A stretch of DNA of 64,000 nucleotides from an uncultured Chlamydiae bacterium (GCA_963830365.1 CAWHMU010000035.1:1-64000), one strand, 5' to 3'. Shown: positions 40,470 through 50,606, numbered from the stretch's first letter. Program-made: numbers and translations. Notes: generated from the letters alone by a model not told the origin.

Positions 40470-42224
40470 TTAGAAGTGGTTCTTGGCATAGGCTTCAAGT
40501 AATGCCTTGGCATCGCCGACTCTTACCATCGCATCGTTTGTATTCAAACCGGGATTTTTATCCGGATGCATTTCAACAGCCGTTTTACGGTACATTTTTT
40601 TCAGATAACTCATCCCTTCGGCTTTGAAGGTCTCCATATCGAAAGTGGCGGAAAGAATTAAGCCGGCATGTTCAGGACATTTCGGATTAAGATCTTGATG
40701 CATCACCCGCGCTAGCGTCGGCAAGCCTGCAACATCTTTGGTAGCTACATTGGCGCAATTTGCAGCCGGTACCGTTTCGTTTGGATCGAAGTTATGACGG
40801 CTTCGCATAAACTCCATAAATTCGGCTTGCGCTTCAAGAAAAGCCTCTTCGTCGGTAGCTGTCGCCATTTTATAAAGATACGGAGCCATTAGAGCTAATT
40901 CATAAGTAGCCGCACATGTTTGCCAAAGGTTATGAATGGAATGCGAAGCATTGACGGCATGCACCACCACATTACGGGCTACGGCCCAAGTGCGGTTGCC
41001 AACGTTATGCCAACACTTTTTCAGTCCATCAAATGCGTTACGGACCACATGATAAGTACGCCACGCCTGAAAGCCGATATTTAACGGTGGTATTGCCGCA
41101 AGGCCAAGGTGGCAGACCCAAGCCACGACCTTTTTCCATGATTTATCCAGATTTTGTACTAACACGGCAAATTCAGACCAGTTCATACCGATTATAGCTG
41201 CTAAATTCACTACCGCAGCGGTAAGTTTTGCCTGATCTGTAGTCACCCAGCCCCCAGCGTCGGCCATGGTCGAAAGCCAGTAGAGCGCGGTAGTGGCAAA
41301 TAGCACAACCTGTGTTTTGGAGAGGGCTAATGGATCGCGCTCATGTGCGCTTGCGCCAATTAAAGATAAAGGCGACATCCCGTTACTAGCTAGAAGATGG
41401 GGATTAGCTCCCTTTTTAACCAATGTCTCAACATGTAATAGGTTGTCCGTCGCAGCCGCATAGTGCAGCGGAGTTTCGCCTTTGCTGTTCTTATGATTAG
41501 GATCAACGCCCAAGCTGATTAATTTATTGAGAATGTCTATTGACCCACTAATAGCGGCAAAGTGCAACAGATTGTCGCCTTCACTAGTAAGCGTCTGCGC
41601 TGAGCAGAATTCGAGGAAGCTATCGACAGCTTTGGGCTGGTTGCTTAAAATTGCATAATGGATAGGAGCCAGACCATTAGCATCCAACACATTAATATTT
41701 TGTGGCGTCACATATTTAAGCGCTTCGGGAAGATTGCCCTGAAAGACAGCCTGACTAAGAGGAGCCAATTTTCCGATATCGACAGTCGTCAGCTTTTGGA
41801 GCTTAGTTTTAAGCTCCTCAATATGCGAAGCAGAGCCTTTGCATTTTATCTGCTCATGGACTTCTTTCAGGTCCTTGCCAATTTTATGACCCAAAATCAC
41901 AGCTAGCAAACTTTCACTTTTCATCAAAGCGGCATGGTCGATAGCACTTAAATTCTGAAAGTCTTTTATTTCCGGATCAGCCCCGTTGGCAAGCAATAGT
42001 GTCATGATATTTGGCTGATTTGTTCGCAGGGCTAGATGAAGCGGCAACTCTCCGTTCGGAAGCGCCGCATTTACAAAAGTTCCTTCTCCAACCATTTTTT
42101 TTACCAGACTTTCATTGCCATTTTTGATGGCATTCTGAAAATCCAAAGAAGAAGGCGCTATGGCAGCAGATCCAGGAAAGCTTGTATTTGCAGATTGTAA
42201 ATGAACAGATAACGAAACACTCAT
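40470..42224 (-). CDS. Ankyrin-repeat protein with central hydrophobic segments and C-terminal DnaJ-like J-domain (candidate effector)
   Basis: GELPLHLA, GLAPIHYA, GDNLLHFA, GETPLHYAA repeats; hydrophobic helices at about aa 305-385; KMYRKTAVEMHPDKNPG. Confidence 0.85.
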   Translation of the reverse strand: MSVSLSVHLQSANTSFPGSAAIAPSSLDFQNAIKNGNESLVKKMVGEGTFVNAALPNGELPLHLALRTNQPNIMTLLLANGADPEIKDFQNLSAIDHAALMKSESLLAVILGHKIGKDLKEVHEQIKCKGSASHIEELKTKLQKLTTVDIGKLAPLSQAVFQGNLPEALKYVTPQNINVLDANGLAPIHYAILSNQPKAVDSFLEFCSAQTLTSEGDNLLHFAAISGSIDILNKLISLGVDPNHKNSKGETPLHYAAATDNLLHVETLVKKGANPHLLASNGMSPLSLIGASAHERDPLALSKTQVVLFATTALYWLSTMADAGGWVTTDQAKLTAAVVNLAAIIGMNWSEFAVLVQNLDKSWKKVVAWVCHLGLAAIPPLNIGFQAWRTYHVVRNAFDGLKKCWHNVGNRTWAVARNVVVHAVNASHSIHNLWQTCAATYELALMAPYLYKMATATDEEAFLEAQAEFMEFMRSRHNFDPNETVPAANCANVATKDVAGLPTLARVMHQDLNPKCPEHAGLILSATFDMETFKAEGMSYLKKMYRKTAVEMHPDKNPGLNTNDAMVRVGDAKALLEAYAKNHF

Positions 42225-42438
42225 AAAACCACATAGTTAATAATTAAAAAACACATATTACAACATCCACATTAAGATTCGATAAAGAAACCAGTTATAC
42301 TTGCAATAGTACAAAAATAATTAGTTCCTCCAAAGTTCCGCCATGCGTGACCCGGAAAAGCTAAAGAGTTAAACATAAATCTATCTAAAAAATCCAGCAA
42401 TTTTTCGAAGTTACAAGGACGCCATCACATCGAATTGG

Positions 42439-42467
42439 TTGAGGTATTCAAGGAATGCTGGTATAAA
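42439..42467 (+). promoter_or_regulatory. Possible sigma70/sigma66-type promoter for serS
   Basis: TTGAGG-17nt-TATAAA about 55 nt upstream of the probable start. Confidence 0.3.
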
Positions 42468-42523
42468 ATGGGGAATTCTAAGTATATTTGACATATGCCC
42501 ACGTTATCACAAGGAATGACACC

Positions 42524-43819
42524 ATGATAGATATCCGACTTATCCGCAAAAACCGCCAGGAAATCGAAGCCAAGCTAAGGACCAAAGAGCCGTCGATCGA
42601 TCTATCGCTGGTCGTGCAGCTTGATGAACGCGTGCGGGACATAAAGACTAAAGTAGAGCAGCTTAAAGCCGTGCGCAACGAAAGCTCGCAACAGATCGGC
42701 GCCCTCAAACGCCAGGGCAAAGATGTGTCCGGGATCATGGCCGAAGTCGCCCGCCATGCCGACGAGATCCATGCCCTAGACCAGGAGCTTGGGCCTTTGG
42801 AAGAGCAGTTCACGCATGAGCTTGCCAAGCTGCCAAATCTGCCTATGGATGATATCAAGATCTCGCAAAATCCCCAAGATAATGTCGCCATCAAAGAAGT
42901 CGGTAAAAAGCCAACTTTCGATTTCGAATTCAAAAATCATATGCAGCTCAACGACACACTTAATCTGTTCGATTTCAAACGCGGCGCCAAAATCGCCGGC
43001 GCCGGCTGGCCCCTCTACCGCGGCATGGGCGCAAGGCTCGAATGGGCACTGATCAACTATATGATCGGGATCCATATCAAAAATGGCTTCGAACAATGGA
43101 TGCCGCCGGCCGTCGTGCGCCGCGAAGTCATGTTCGGCTCAGGACAACTGCCAAAATTTGAAAACCAGCAGTTTAAAATCCAGGATGACGACTTCCACCT
43201 CTACCTCATTCCCACGGCAGAAATCCCGCTTAACGGCATCCATTTAGACGAGATCATCCCCGAAGAATCCCTCCCCTTGAAATATATCGCCTACACCCCC
43301 TGCTTCCGCCGCGAGGCCGGTGCCGCCGGCTCGCAAGAGCGCGGCCTAATCCGCACGCATCAATTCAACAAGGTAGAAATGTTCTGCTTCACCAAGCCAG
43401 AAGATAGCATGGCCATGTTCGACAAGATGCTGGCCAGTGCCGAAGAAATCCTGCAAGGCTTAGGCTTGCACTACCGCAATGCCCTGCTGGTCACCGGAGA
43501 TATGTCTTTTGCCGCCGCCCGCACGGTGGATATCGAAGTATGGCTGCCTGGCCAAAATCGTTATTATGAAGTATCATCAGTCTCCAACTGCACAGACTAC
43601 CAAGCGCGCCGCTCGCATACCCGCTATAGAAATGCTGAAGACAAGCTGGAATTCGTCCACACCCTAAACGGCTCGGGCCTGGCGACATCACGCCTGATGG
43701 TGGGCTTGTTGGAAAACAACCAGAATGCCGATGGTTCTGTCAACATCCCGGCGGTACTGCAGCCCTATTTGGGCGGCATCAATAAAATTGAGCCTGTTGG
43801 CGCGCACGCCACAGCCTAA
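42524..43819 (+). CDS. serS: Seryl-tRNA synthetase
   Basis: LIPTAE, TPCFRREAG, GLIRTHQFNKVE, EVSSVSNCTDYQARR, HTLNGSGLA. Confidence 0.98.
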   Translation: MIDIRLIRKNRQEIEAKLRTKEPSIDLSLVVQLDERVRDIKTKVEQLKAVRNESSQQIGALKRQGKDVSGIMAEVARHADEIHALDQELGPLEEQFTHELAKLPNLPMDDIKISQNPQDNVAIKEVGKKPTFDFEFKNHMQLNDTLNLFDFKRGAKIAGAGWPLYRGMGARLEWALINYMIGIHIKNGFEQWMPPAVVRREVMFGSGQLPKFENQQFKIQDDDFHLYLIPTAEIPLNGIHLDEIIPEESLPLKYIAYTPCFRREAGAAGSQERGLIRTHQFNKVEMFCFTKPEDSMAMFDKMLASAEEILQGLGLHYRNALLVTGDMSFAAARTVDIEVWLPGQNRYYEVSSVSNCTDYQARRSHTRYRNAEDKLEFVHTLNGSGLATSRLMVGLLENNQNADGSVNIPAVLQPYLGGINKIEPVGAHATA

Positions 43820-43973
43820 GGTGCAGAAATCACAATTATAACGCCTCCTTTGGGGTCGGATTGTTTTTTTTGTGCGAGCCACGGTTTGCGCCTAATGGGT
43901 ATGCGTCGAATCTAGGCATATTGACAGCCGCCCCAGATGGGGGGAACCACCTAATACTTATTTAAGAAGCAAT

Positions 43974-45023
43974 ATGGCCGAAATACTTTCACTGGCAGAC
44001 TTCATCAAAGCCCCCGGGGTGGCGCTCGACGTGCGCAGCCCGGGCGAATACTGCCACGCCCATATTCCCGGAGCCTTAAGCCTGCCCCTCTTCACCAACG
44101 CTGAACGCGCCGAAGTCGGCACGGCCTACAAACAGCAAGGACAAAAAGAAGCCATCGCCCTCGGCCTAAAACTCGTCGGCCCCAAACTCGCCGAGCTTAT
44201 GGCTCAAGCCCACGCCCTCACAAACGGCCAGCCGGCCAAAGTCTATTGCTGGCGCGGCGGCATGCGCAGCAACTCCATGGCCTGGCTGCTGAACCTCGGC
44301 GGCATCCCTACGACATTGCTGCAAGGGGGATACAAGACCTTCCGCCGCTGGGCTTTGGATCTCATCCCCCTCCCCTACCGATTCATCGTCATCGGGGGCA
44401 TGACAGGCAGCGGAAAAACGACAATACTGCATGCCCTGCGATCCCTCGATGAACAGATTTTAGACCTCGAAGCCTTAGCCAACCACCGCGGCAGCGCCTA
44501 CGGCAGGGTCGGCATGTCAGAACAACAACCTTCCAATGAACAATTCGAAAATGACATCGCCATAAAGCTAAGCACCCTGGACCCGCAGCGGCCCATATGG
44601 ATCGAAGATGAAAGCCGCATGATCGGCACCTGCCACGTGCCCCCGCCCATCTTTAGCCAGATGAGCGCCGCCCCATTCATCGCCATCAATATCCCCTTTG
44701 AAGAACGTCTGAAAAGGCTGCTGACCGACTACGGCCACACGCCGCTGGAACATCTTGCCGCAGCCACAAACCGGATCAGCAGACAGCTCGGCGGACAGCG
44801 CACCAAAGAGGTGCTGGCAAATTTAAGCGAAGGCAACCTGCTTGATGCCATGATCACCGTTTTACAGTACTATGATAGCGCCTATGCCTACGCCTTGACA
44901 AGGCGCTCTGCGCCATGCGCCAGCCTCTCCGCGGAAAATATTTCCCCGCTGGAATGGGCCAGGCGTCTGAAACAACAAGCGCCCCAACTATTGCTTCAAC
45001 TTCCATTAGAGGCTGCACTATGA
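43974..45023 (+). CDS. mnmH: tRNA 2-selenouridine(34) synthase
   Basis: Rhodanese DVRSPGEY..HIPGA, YCWRGGMRS, P-loop GMTGSGKT, DLEALANHRGS, EDESRMIG. Confidence 0.95.
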   Translation: MAEILSLADFIKAPGVALDVRSPGEYCHAHIPGALSLPLFTNAERAEVGTAYKQQGQKEAIALGLKLVGPKLAELMAQAHALTNGQPAKVYCWRGGMRSNSMAWLLNLGGIPTTLLQGGYKTFRRWALDLIPLPYRFIVIGGMTGSGKTTILHALRSLDEQILDLEALANHRGSAYGRVGMSEQQPSNEQFENDIAIKLSTLDPQRPIWIEDESRMIGTCHVPPPIFSQMSAAPFIAINIPFEERLKRLLTDYGHTPLEHLAAATNRISRQLGGQRTKEVLANLSEGNLLDAMITVLQYYDSAYAYALTRRSAPCASLSAENISPLEWARRLKQQAPQLLLQLPLEAAL

Positions 45024-46318
45024 CCACAAAAAACCAACCGGAAATTGCCCACCTTCTAGCCTTCCTGGACAGCTCCCCCACCGCCTGGCATGCCGTAGAC
45101 AACTGTGCCAATGAGCTTAAAGTGCATGGCTTCAAAGAACTGAAAGAGGACGAAGCCTGGCAGCTCAAAGCCGGCGGCCGCTACTATGTCATCCGCAACG
45201 GCTCATCAATATGCGCTTTTGTGCTCCCCAAAAAAGCCCCCAATGCGCTAAATGTGGCAGCCTCGCATACCGACAGCCCCTCATTCAAACTCAAGCCCAA
45301 CGCAGAATTCCATAAAGAAAACATGCTGATGCTTGGCCTTGAAGTATACGGCTCCCCCATGCTTGCCTCGTGGCTCAACCGCGATCTGGGCATCGCCGGC
45401 CGCGTCATCTTCAATGATAAAAAAGGCAAGCAACACGAAAAACTTGTGACGCTTGCAGATTGTCCGCTCGTCATCCCCCAGCTGGCCATCCACTTGGACC
45501 GCAACGTCAATGACAGCGGCCCTGTGCTCAACAAGCAGGAGCATCTGGCAGCATTGGCAGGACTTGAAATTGAGAAGAAAGACAAGACTCCATTTCTTGA
45601 GCGCCTGTTGAAAAAGAGCCTCCCCTTGCATGAACTGCTAAGCTTCGATCTGTTTGTGTATCCATTGGAAAAAGCGCGCCTGATCGGCGAACACCATGAG
45701 CTAATCTCGGCCTATCGCATCGACAGCCTGTCCAGCGTACATGCCATCATGCAGGGATTTGTTAAAGCTTTGCAACCGGACCTGCATATGATCAAAATGG
45801 TGGTGTTTTGGGATAACGAGGAAATCGGTTCCAATACCGCCCAAGGGGCCGGCTCCCCTTTCCTGCCGCATGTCGTCGAACGCATCACGCTGGCTTTAAA
45901 TATGCCACGCGAGGAGTATTTCCGCCTGTTAAGCCGCTCCCTATGCGCCTCAGTCGATCTCGCCCATGCCCTGCATCCAAACTATGCCGACAAACACGAA
46001 CCGCGCCACCAGGCGTTGATGAATAAAGGCATCGTCATTAAAAGCAGCGCCCAATACCGCTACGCCTCCGATGCCCGCTCATCGGCCGCCATCGTCGCTT
46101 TGTGCCATCAGCATAAAATTCCATTCCAGCGCTATGTCGCCCGTGGCGATATCCCCTGCGGTACAACCGTCGGACCGATCCATGCCAATTTGACAGGTAT
46201 GCCGACGGTTGATATCGGCTGCACACAGCTATCCATGCATTCCAGCCGCGAAGTTGCCGGCACTGTCGACCACCACACCATGTGCCGCCTAATAGCCGCC
46301 TTTCTTGATGGCCGCTAA
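45020..46318 (+). CDS. M18-family aspartyl aminopeptidase
   Basis: SHTDSP, WLNRDLG, IPQLAIHL, DNEEIGS, DLAHALHPNY, SMHSSRE; ATGA overlap with mnmH. Confidence 0.93.
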   Translation: MTTKNQPEIAHLLAFLDSSPTAWHAVDNCANELKVHGFKELKEDEAWQLKAGGRYYVIRNGSSICAFVLPKKAPNALNVAASHTDSPSFKLKPNAEFHKENMLMLGLEVYGSPMLASWLNRDLGIAGRVIFNDKKGKQHEKLVTLADCPLVIPQLAIHLDRNVNDSGPVLNKQEHLAALAGLEIEKKDKTPFLERLLKKSLPLHELLSFDLFVYPLEKARLIGEHHELISAYRIDSLSSVHAIMQGFVKALQPDLHMIKMVVFWDNEEIGSNTAQGAGSPFLPHVVERITLALNMPREEYFRLLSRSLCASVDLAHALHPNYADKHEPRHQALMNKGIVIKSSAQYRYASDARSSAAIVALCHQHKIPFQRYVARGDIPCGTTVGPIHANLTGMPTVDIGCTQLSMHSSREVAGTVDHHTMCRLIAAFLDGR

Positions 46319-46442
46319 ACAGTCCCTTACATAGCATGTAGCCACAGATGTCAAAATAAAAAACATTGCATGTGTATTTCCTTGCGTAGTCGCGCCTCCT
46401 CCGCATCTCTGCGCTAAATTTTTTAGAAAGTAGCACTAATAG

Positions 46443-47477
46443 GAAAACTTGAATCATTGTACCCAGTCAATGGTCTGTGAATCCGATTCCAACGCAGAGA
46501 CGCAGAGGAAACGCGACGACGCAACGAACTGCCGAGATGTGGAGTTTAACTGGATCTTTATGAATTAGAACGATGCAACGCAGAGGCACAGAGGACACGA
46601 AGAGTAGACTAAGGTATGTATGTGGACGTGTTTCATACTCTTAACATGGCAGCAGTTTGCCTGCCATCGTCTCTCCGTGTTCTCTGTGCCTCTGTGTTTC
46701 AAACTTTAGAAAAACTTGAATCATTAAGTTTAGTCAATGGTCTGTAAATCCGATTCCAACGCAGAGACGCAGAGGAAACGCGACGACGCAATGAACTGCC
46801 GAGATGTGGAGTTTAACTGGATCTTTATGAATTAGAACGATGCAACACAGAGGCACAGAGGACACGGAGAGTAGACTAAGGTATGAGTGTGGGCATGTTT
46901 CATACTCGTAACATGGCAGCAGTTTGCCTGCCATCGTCTCTCAGTGTTCTCTCTGCCTCTGTGTTTCAAACTTTAGAAAAACTTGAATCATTAAGTTTAG
47001 TCAATGGTCTGTGAATCCGATTCCAACGCAGAGACGCAGAGGAAACGCGACGACGCAACGAACTGCCGAGATGTGGAGTTTAACTGGATCTTTATGAATT
47101 AGAACGATGAAACACAGAGGCACAGAGGACACGGAGAGTAGACTAAGGTATGTGTGTGGGCATGTTTCATACTCTTAACATGGCAGCAGTTTGCCTGCCA
47201 TCGTCTCTCCGTGTTCTCTGTGCCTCTGTGTTTCAAACTTTAGAAAAACTTGAATCATTAAGTTTAGTCAATGGTCTGTGAATCCGATTCCAACGCAGAG
47301 ACGCAGAGGACACGGAGAGTAGACTAAGGTATGTATGTGGACGTGTTTCATACTCTTAACATGGCAGCAGTTTGCCTGCCATCGTCTCTCCGTGTTCTCT
47401 GTGCCTCTGTGTTTCAAACTTTAAAAAAACTTGAATCATTAAGTTTAGTCAATGGTCTGTGTATCCGATTCCAACGC
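46443..47477. repeat. Tandem array of 267-bp non-coding structured units
   Basis: AGTCAATGGTCTG recurs at 46465, 46732, 46999, 47266 and 47447 (periods 267, 267, 267, 181); units nearly identical, each with an ~31-bp internal stem. Confidence 0.97.
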
Positions 47478-47673
47478 CGTATTCACGGCTAACTTAAAAT
47501 TCTTAACGCTTGATTTTTAGATGCACGAAATTAAACCAATAGACCACGCATCGGGGATGTATTTATTGGACGATCCTGAATTTTCCCTGTTTTGCTGTTG
47601 TTTAATATTTTTAAATCTATTAGCTTGGCTTTTTTAAAAGATTTTTAGCGTTTCTCACAGACTGTTTTACGCT

Positions 47674-48720
47674 ATGATAATTGAAAGTTCCCTAATTTCA
47701 TTTACCAAGTCGAGATGTCTACACATGATTATGAATATGAAGAGAAAATTTCATTTCCTGATAGCAGCGCTTTTGATAGCGAATACCCTCTGTTCGGCCG
47801 CATTAGACCCTATGCCTACAGATGCAGCCTTCCCATGGAATTTTGATTTACCGGATAACACCTATCACAAGTTCTGTAAAAACATATATTCCCAGAATGG
47901 CGAAGACGGCATTATCGAGCAGCTGTTAAAAGAGTTGGAAATCCATGAAGGGACCTTCTGTGAATTCGGTGCCTCAAATGGCATAGCTTCCAGCAACACC
48001 TACAACCTGATTAAAAATTTCAATTTTTCCGGGATAGAGATTGAAATGAACAGATCGCGCTTCCAACAATGCGTCAATAATTATAAAGCGTATCCCAATG
48101 TTCAAGTATTTCATGGTCCAGTTTTATACGGCCATAAGAAATTCAACCTTAATACCTGGTTGAAAAAGGGGAATTTGCCATCCGATCTCGACCTGCTCAG
48201 CATTGATATCGATTGCGATGACTATTACGTTTGGGATGATCTAACTGAATATGCGCCAAAAATTGTTGTCATTGAGGCGAATTCCTACCGGGACCCAGTC
48301 TACCAAGAACTGCCAAGAAAGCCTTCACAGGAATACAACCTAGACCCGCTCAAGCAATGGTTTCCGGAACGCATTGCCCTTGGTTGCAGTTTCATATCAG
48401 CCGTTGAACTGGGCCTGAAAAAAGGCTATATTCCCGTGTCTTTCACCGGCAATCTTACCTTTGTAAGAAAAGATTTAATCCATAAACTGCATGATTTTCC
48501 ATATATCATCTCTGACGATCCATATGACTATATCACGCTTTATACCCCCTTGGTACTATGGGGCGACAAGTGGTACACCAACACAGGCTTGCTTTTCAAT
48601 ACGGCCATACGCGACTACTACCAGATATTTAAAATTAAACATATTGATGCAGATTGGATAAAAGCCAGAATGAATCAAATATTGAATAGCAGCAACGATA
48701 CCAGTCGGATTGGCTTTTAG
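47674..48720 (+). CDS. FkbM-like methyltransferase-fold protein with signal peptide (paralog of 17021-17860; start probably 47737)
   Basis: SQNGEDGI, CEFGASNG, LLSIDIDCDDY, NLTFVR; MKRKFHFLIAALLIANTLCSA. Confidence 0.8.
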   Translation: MIIESSLISFTKSRCLHMIMNMKRKFHFLIAALLIANTLCSAALDPMPTDAAFPWNFDLPDNTYHKFCKNIYSQNGEDGIIEQLLKELEIHEGTFCEFGASNGIASSNTYNLIKNFNFSGIEIEMNRSRFQQCVNNYKAYPNVQVFHGPVLYGHKKFNLNTWLKKGNLPSDLDLLSIDIDCDDYYVWDDLTEYAPKIVVIEANSYRDPVYQELPRKPSQEYNLDPLKQWFPERIALGCSFISAVELGLKKGYIPVSFTGNLTFVRKDLIHKLHDFPYIISDDPYDYITLYTPLVLWGDKWYTNTGLLFNTAIRDYYQIFKIKHIDADWIKARMNQILNSSNDTSRIGF

Positions 48721-48735
48721 TTTAGAGGGGACATT

Positions 48736-49587
48736 GTGAGCTATTTGATTTTTTGTTTTTTCATGCCAGCTTTAATCTTCGCAACCCCCACGCAGGATCA
48801 TCAGGCTTCCTGGAGCAGTGCAGACAGCCAAGCCTTTTTTGGCCAGCATCTGCCGCTTAGCGATAGCGGGAAAATAAATATCCCCGCCAACATCAAGCAT
48901 GTAAAATTGGATATCGGACTGTCATGGTGTGCTCCGATGTCCCAGGTATGGCTGGCAAAAGAGGATGACCTGATCGTTTTCGGTTTTGAGCCACATCCAA
49001 AGTCTATAGCTTCGATAAAAAATGGCAGCTGCGTGCCAGACGCTTGGGCTAGGGATTATCTTGATCCCCTCCATCCCATTCGGCATAAAAGTGAAATCCC
49101 GAAACTTTTCGGGACGCACTTTTTCCTTATTCCTTGCGCCTTAGGCTTGTCACAAGATAAAACGGCGACGTTTTACCTGACAGGAAACGATTGCGGCTGT
49201 TCAAGCCTCTTTGCCCCAGTAACGATACCTGTCATCGATATCATTGAGGTGCCGGTTTTGCCCTTGGCAAGTTTTTTTGACATCTTCCCCTTTGACACCC
49301 ATCCATTTATTGATTATATCAAAATCGATGCGCAAGGCGCAGACCTGGATATCGCCAAAAGCGCTGGAGCCTACTTGACAGAGCGAGTCGTTTGCATTAC
49401 CCTTGAACCGGAAAATAACGCATATGAAGGCACCAAAAATTCCCTAAATGATGTGGATGCATATATGTCAGCCATGGGCTTTCAAAAATACGATTCTAAG
49501 AACACCGGCGATCCCACGTACGTAAATATTAAGTTTATGCAGTATTTTTTGGATCACCAGGAACTGCACATCTTCCAGCAGGGTTAA
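48736..49587 (+). CDS. FkbM-family methyltransferase with signal peptide
   Basis: LDIGLS, FGFEP, PCALG, IKIDAQGADL; GTG start with GAGGGG RBS. Confidence 0.82.
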   Translation: MSYLIFCFFMPALIFATPTQDHQASWSSADSQAFFGQHLPLSDSGKINIPANIKHVKLDIGLSWCAPMSQVWLAKEDDLIVFGFEPHPKSIASIKNGSCVPDAWARDYLDPLHPIRHKSEIPKLFGTHFFLIPCALGLSQDKTATFYLTGNDCGCSSLFAPVTIPVIDIIEVPVLPLASFFDIFPFDTHPFIDYIKIDAQGADLDIAKSAGAYLTERVVCITLEPENNAYEGTKNSLNDVDAYMSAMGFQKYDSKNTGDPTYVNIKFMQYFLDHQELHIFQQG

Positions 49588-49883
49588 CGTGGTATAGGTT
49601 GCGCACATTTTTCAAGGCACTGACGCGAGCAAAAACTGCCAAACCAAGGCGCGTGTGGCGTAAGAAGCTACGCTAATATTTCCTAATTGAGATCTCATCA
49701 GGGCCTATAACATCCCTTCTATTTACCACTATTAAACCGTCTTCGGAACAGCTTTCAGCCATGGTATGTTCAGCTAGAATGATGCAATCATGCTCTTTAA
49801 AAAATTGCAAGGAGGTCAAATCTCGTGCCTTGAGAGAAACAATGGTCACTAGCTCCATACAAAAATTTCGAGCAGCCTCCTTG

Positions 49884-50606
49884 TCAAAATTCCAATTTTT
49901 GAACCACGTTCGGTATAAATTCAAGTTCTGCTAATCGCAAACTTTCAGGCGTGCCGATATCCCGGTGGTAGCCCATATTGCGAAAGATCTGCATCCTGGC
50001 TAAATAATGCGGCAGAACCTCGGTGCTAAAGTCAAGGATCTCTTTGTTCTGCAATGCTATAAATTCAATGACGCTAGGTTCGATGATATAGACGGCGGCA
50101 TTGGCCTCGTCGCCTGGAGGATGAAGAACTTTTTCATGGAATCCGATGACGATATTGTCTTTATCGCATTCCACAATGCCGCAACTCTGCGGGGTATCTG
50201 TCATGAATGTCATCATCGTAATCTCTACGCCTTGCTTGCGCATCTCATGCGCTTTCAAAAACGCCTGGATATCAAACCGCGTCAAGTTGTCTGCATGGGC
50301 CAATAGAAACGGCCCTTCTTCCAGCCACTTTCTATTTTTCAACACAGTTCCCGCAGTGCCAAGCAGTACTTTTTCATGGACCAACCTTACCTTGTCCTTC
50401 CATCGATGCGATTGTACGAAATCCTGTACGCGTTCCGGCAAATAGTGGGTATTGATTAAAACATGATCGATGTCTGTCGACAATAACATGTCCAGCCAAT
50501 AGCCTAAAAGTGGTTTCCCATGGATGGGAACAAGACATTTCGGTACTTTATTCGTGATTGGTCTCAACCGAGTGCCTAAACCAGCAGCGAGCAAAACAGC
50601 TTTCAA
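49884..50606 (-). CDS. Sugar-1-phosphate nucleotidyltransferase (HddC/ManC-like)
   Basis: LLAAGLGTRLRPIT..PKCL, LLGTAGT, DIGTPESL; TTG start overlapping the upstream TGA. Confidence 0.9.
   Translation of the reverse strand: MKAVLLAAGLGTRLRPITNKVPKCLVPIHGKPLLGYWLDMLLSTDIDHVLINTHYLPERVQDFVQSHRWKDKVRLVHEKVLLGTAGTVLKNRKWLEEGPFLLAHADNLTRFDIQAFLKAHEMRKQGVEITMMTFMTDTPQSCGIVECDKDNIVIGFHEKVLHPPGDEANAAVYIIEPSVIEFIALQNKEILDFSTEVLPHYLARMQIFRNMGYHRDIGTPESLRLAELEFIPNVVQKLEF

Noticed and set aside
46734..46934. 66-aa Cys/His-rich ORF, or a coding repeat since 267 is divisible by 3
   Set aside because: This ORF is open only in unit 2 (a TAA occurs in the others), and no long ORF spans the units
46443..47477. 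CRISPR array
   Set aside because: Whole 267-bp units are nearly identical; there are no short repeats with unique spacers and no cas genes in the window
49673..49924. 83-aa ORF after the nucleotidyltransferase
   Set aside because: No recognisable domain; may be a gene remnant but unsupported
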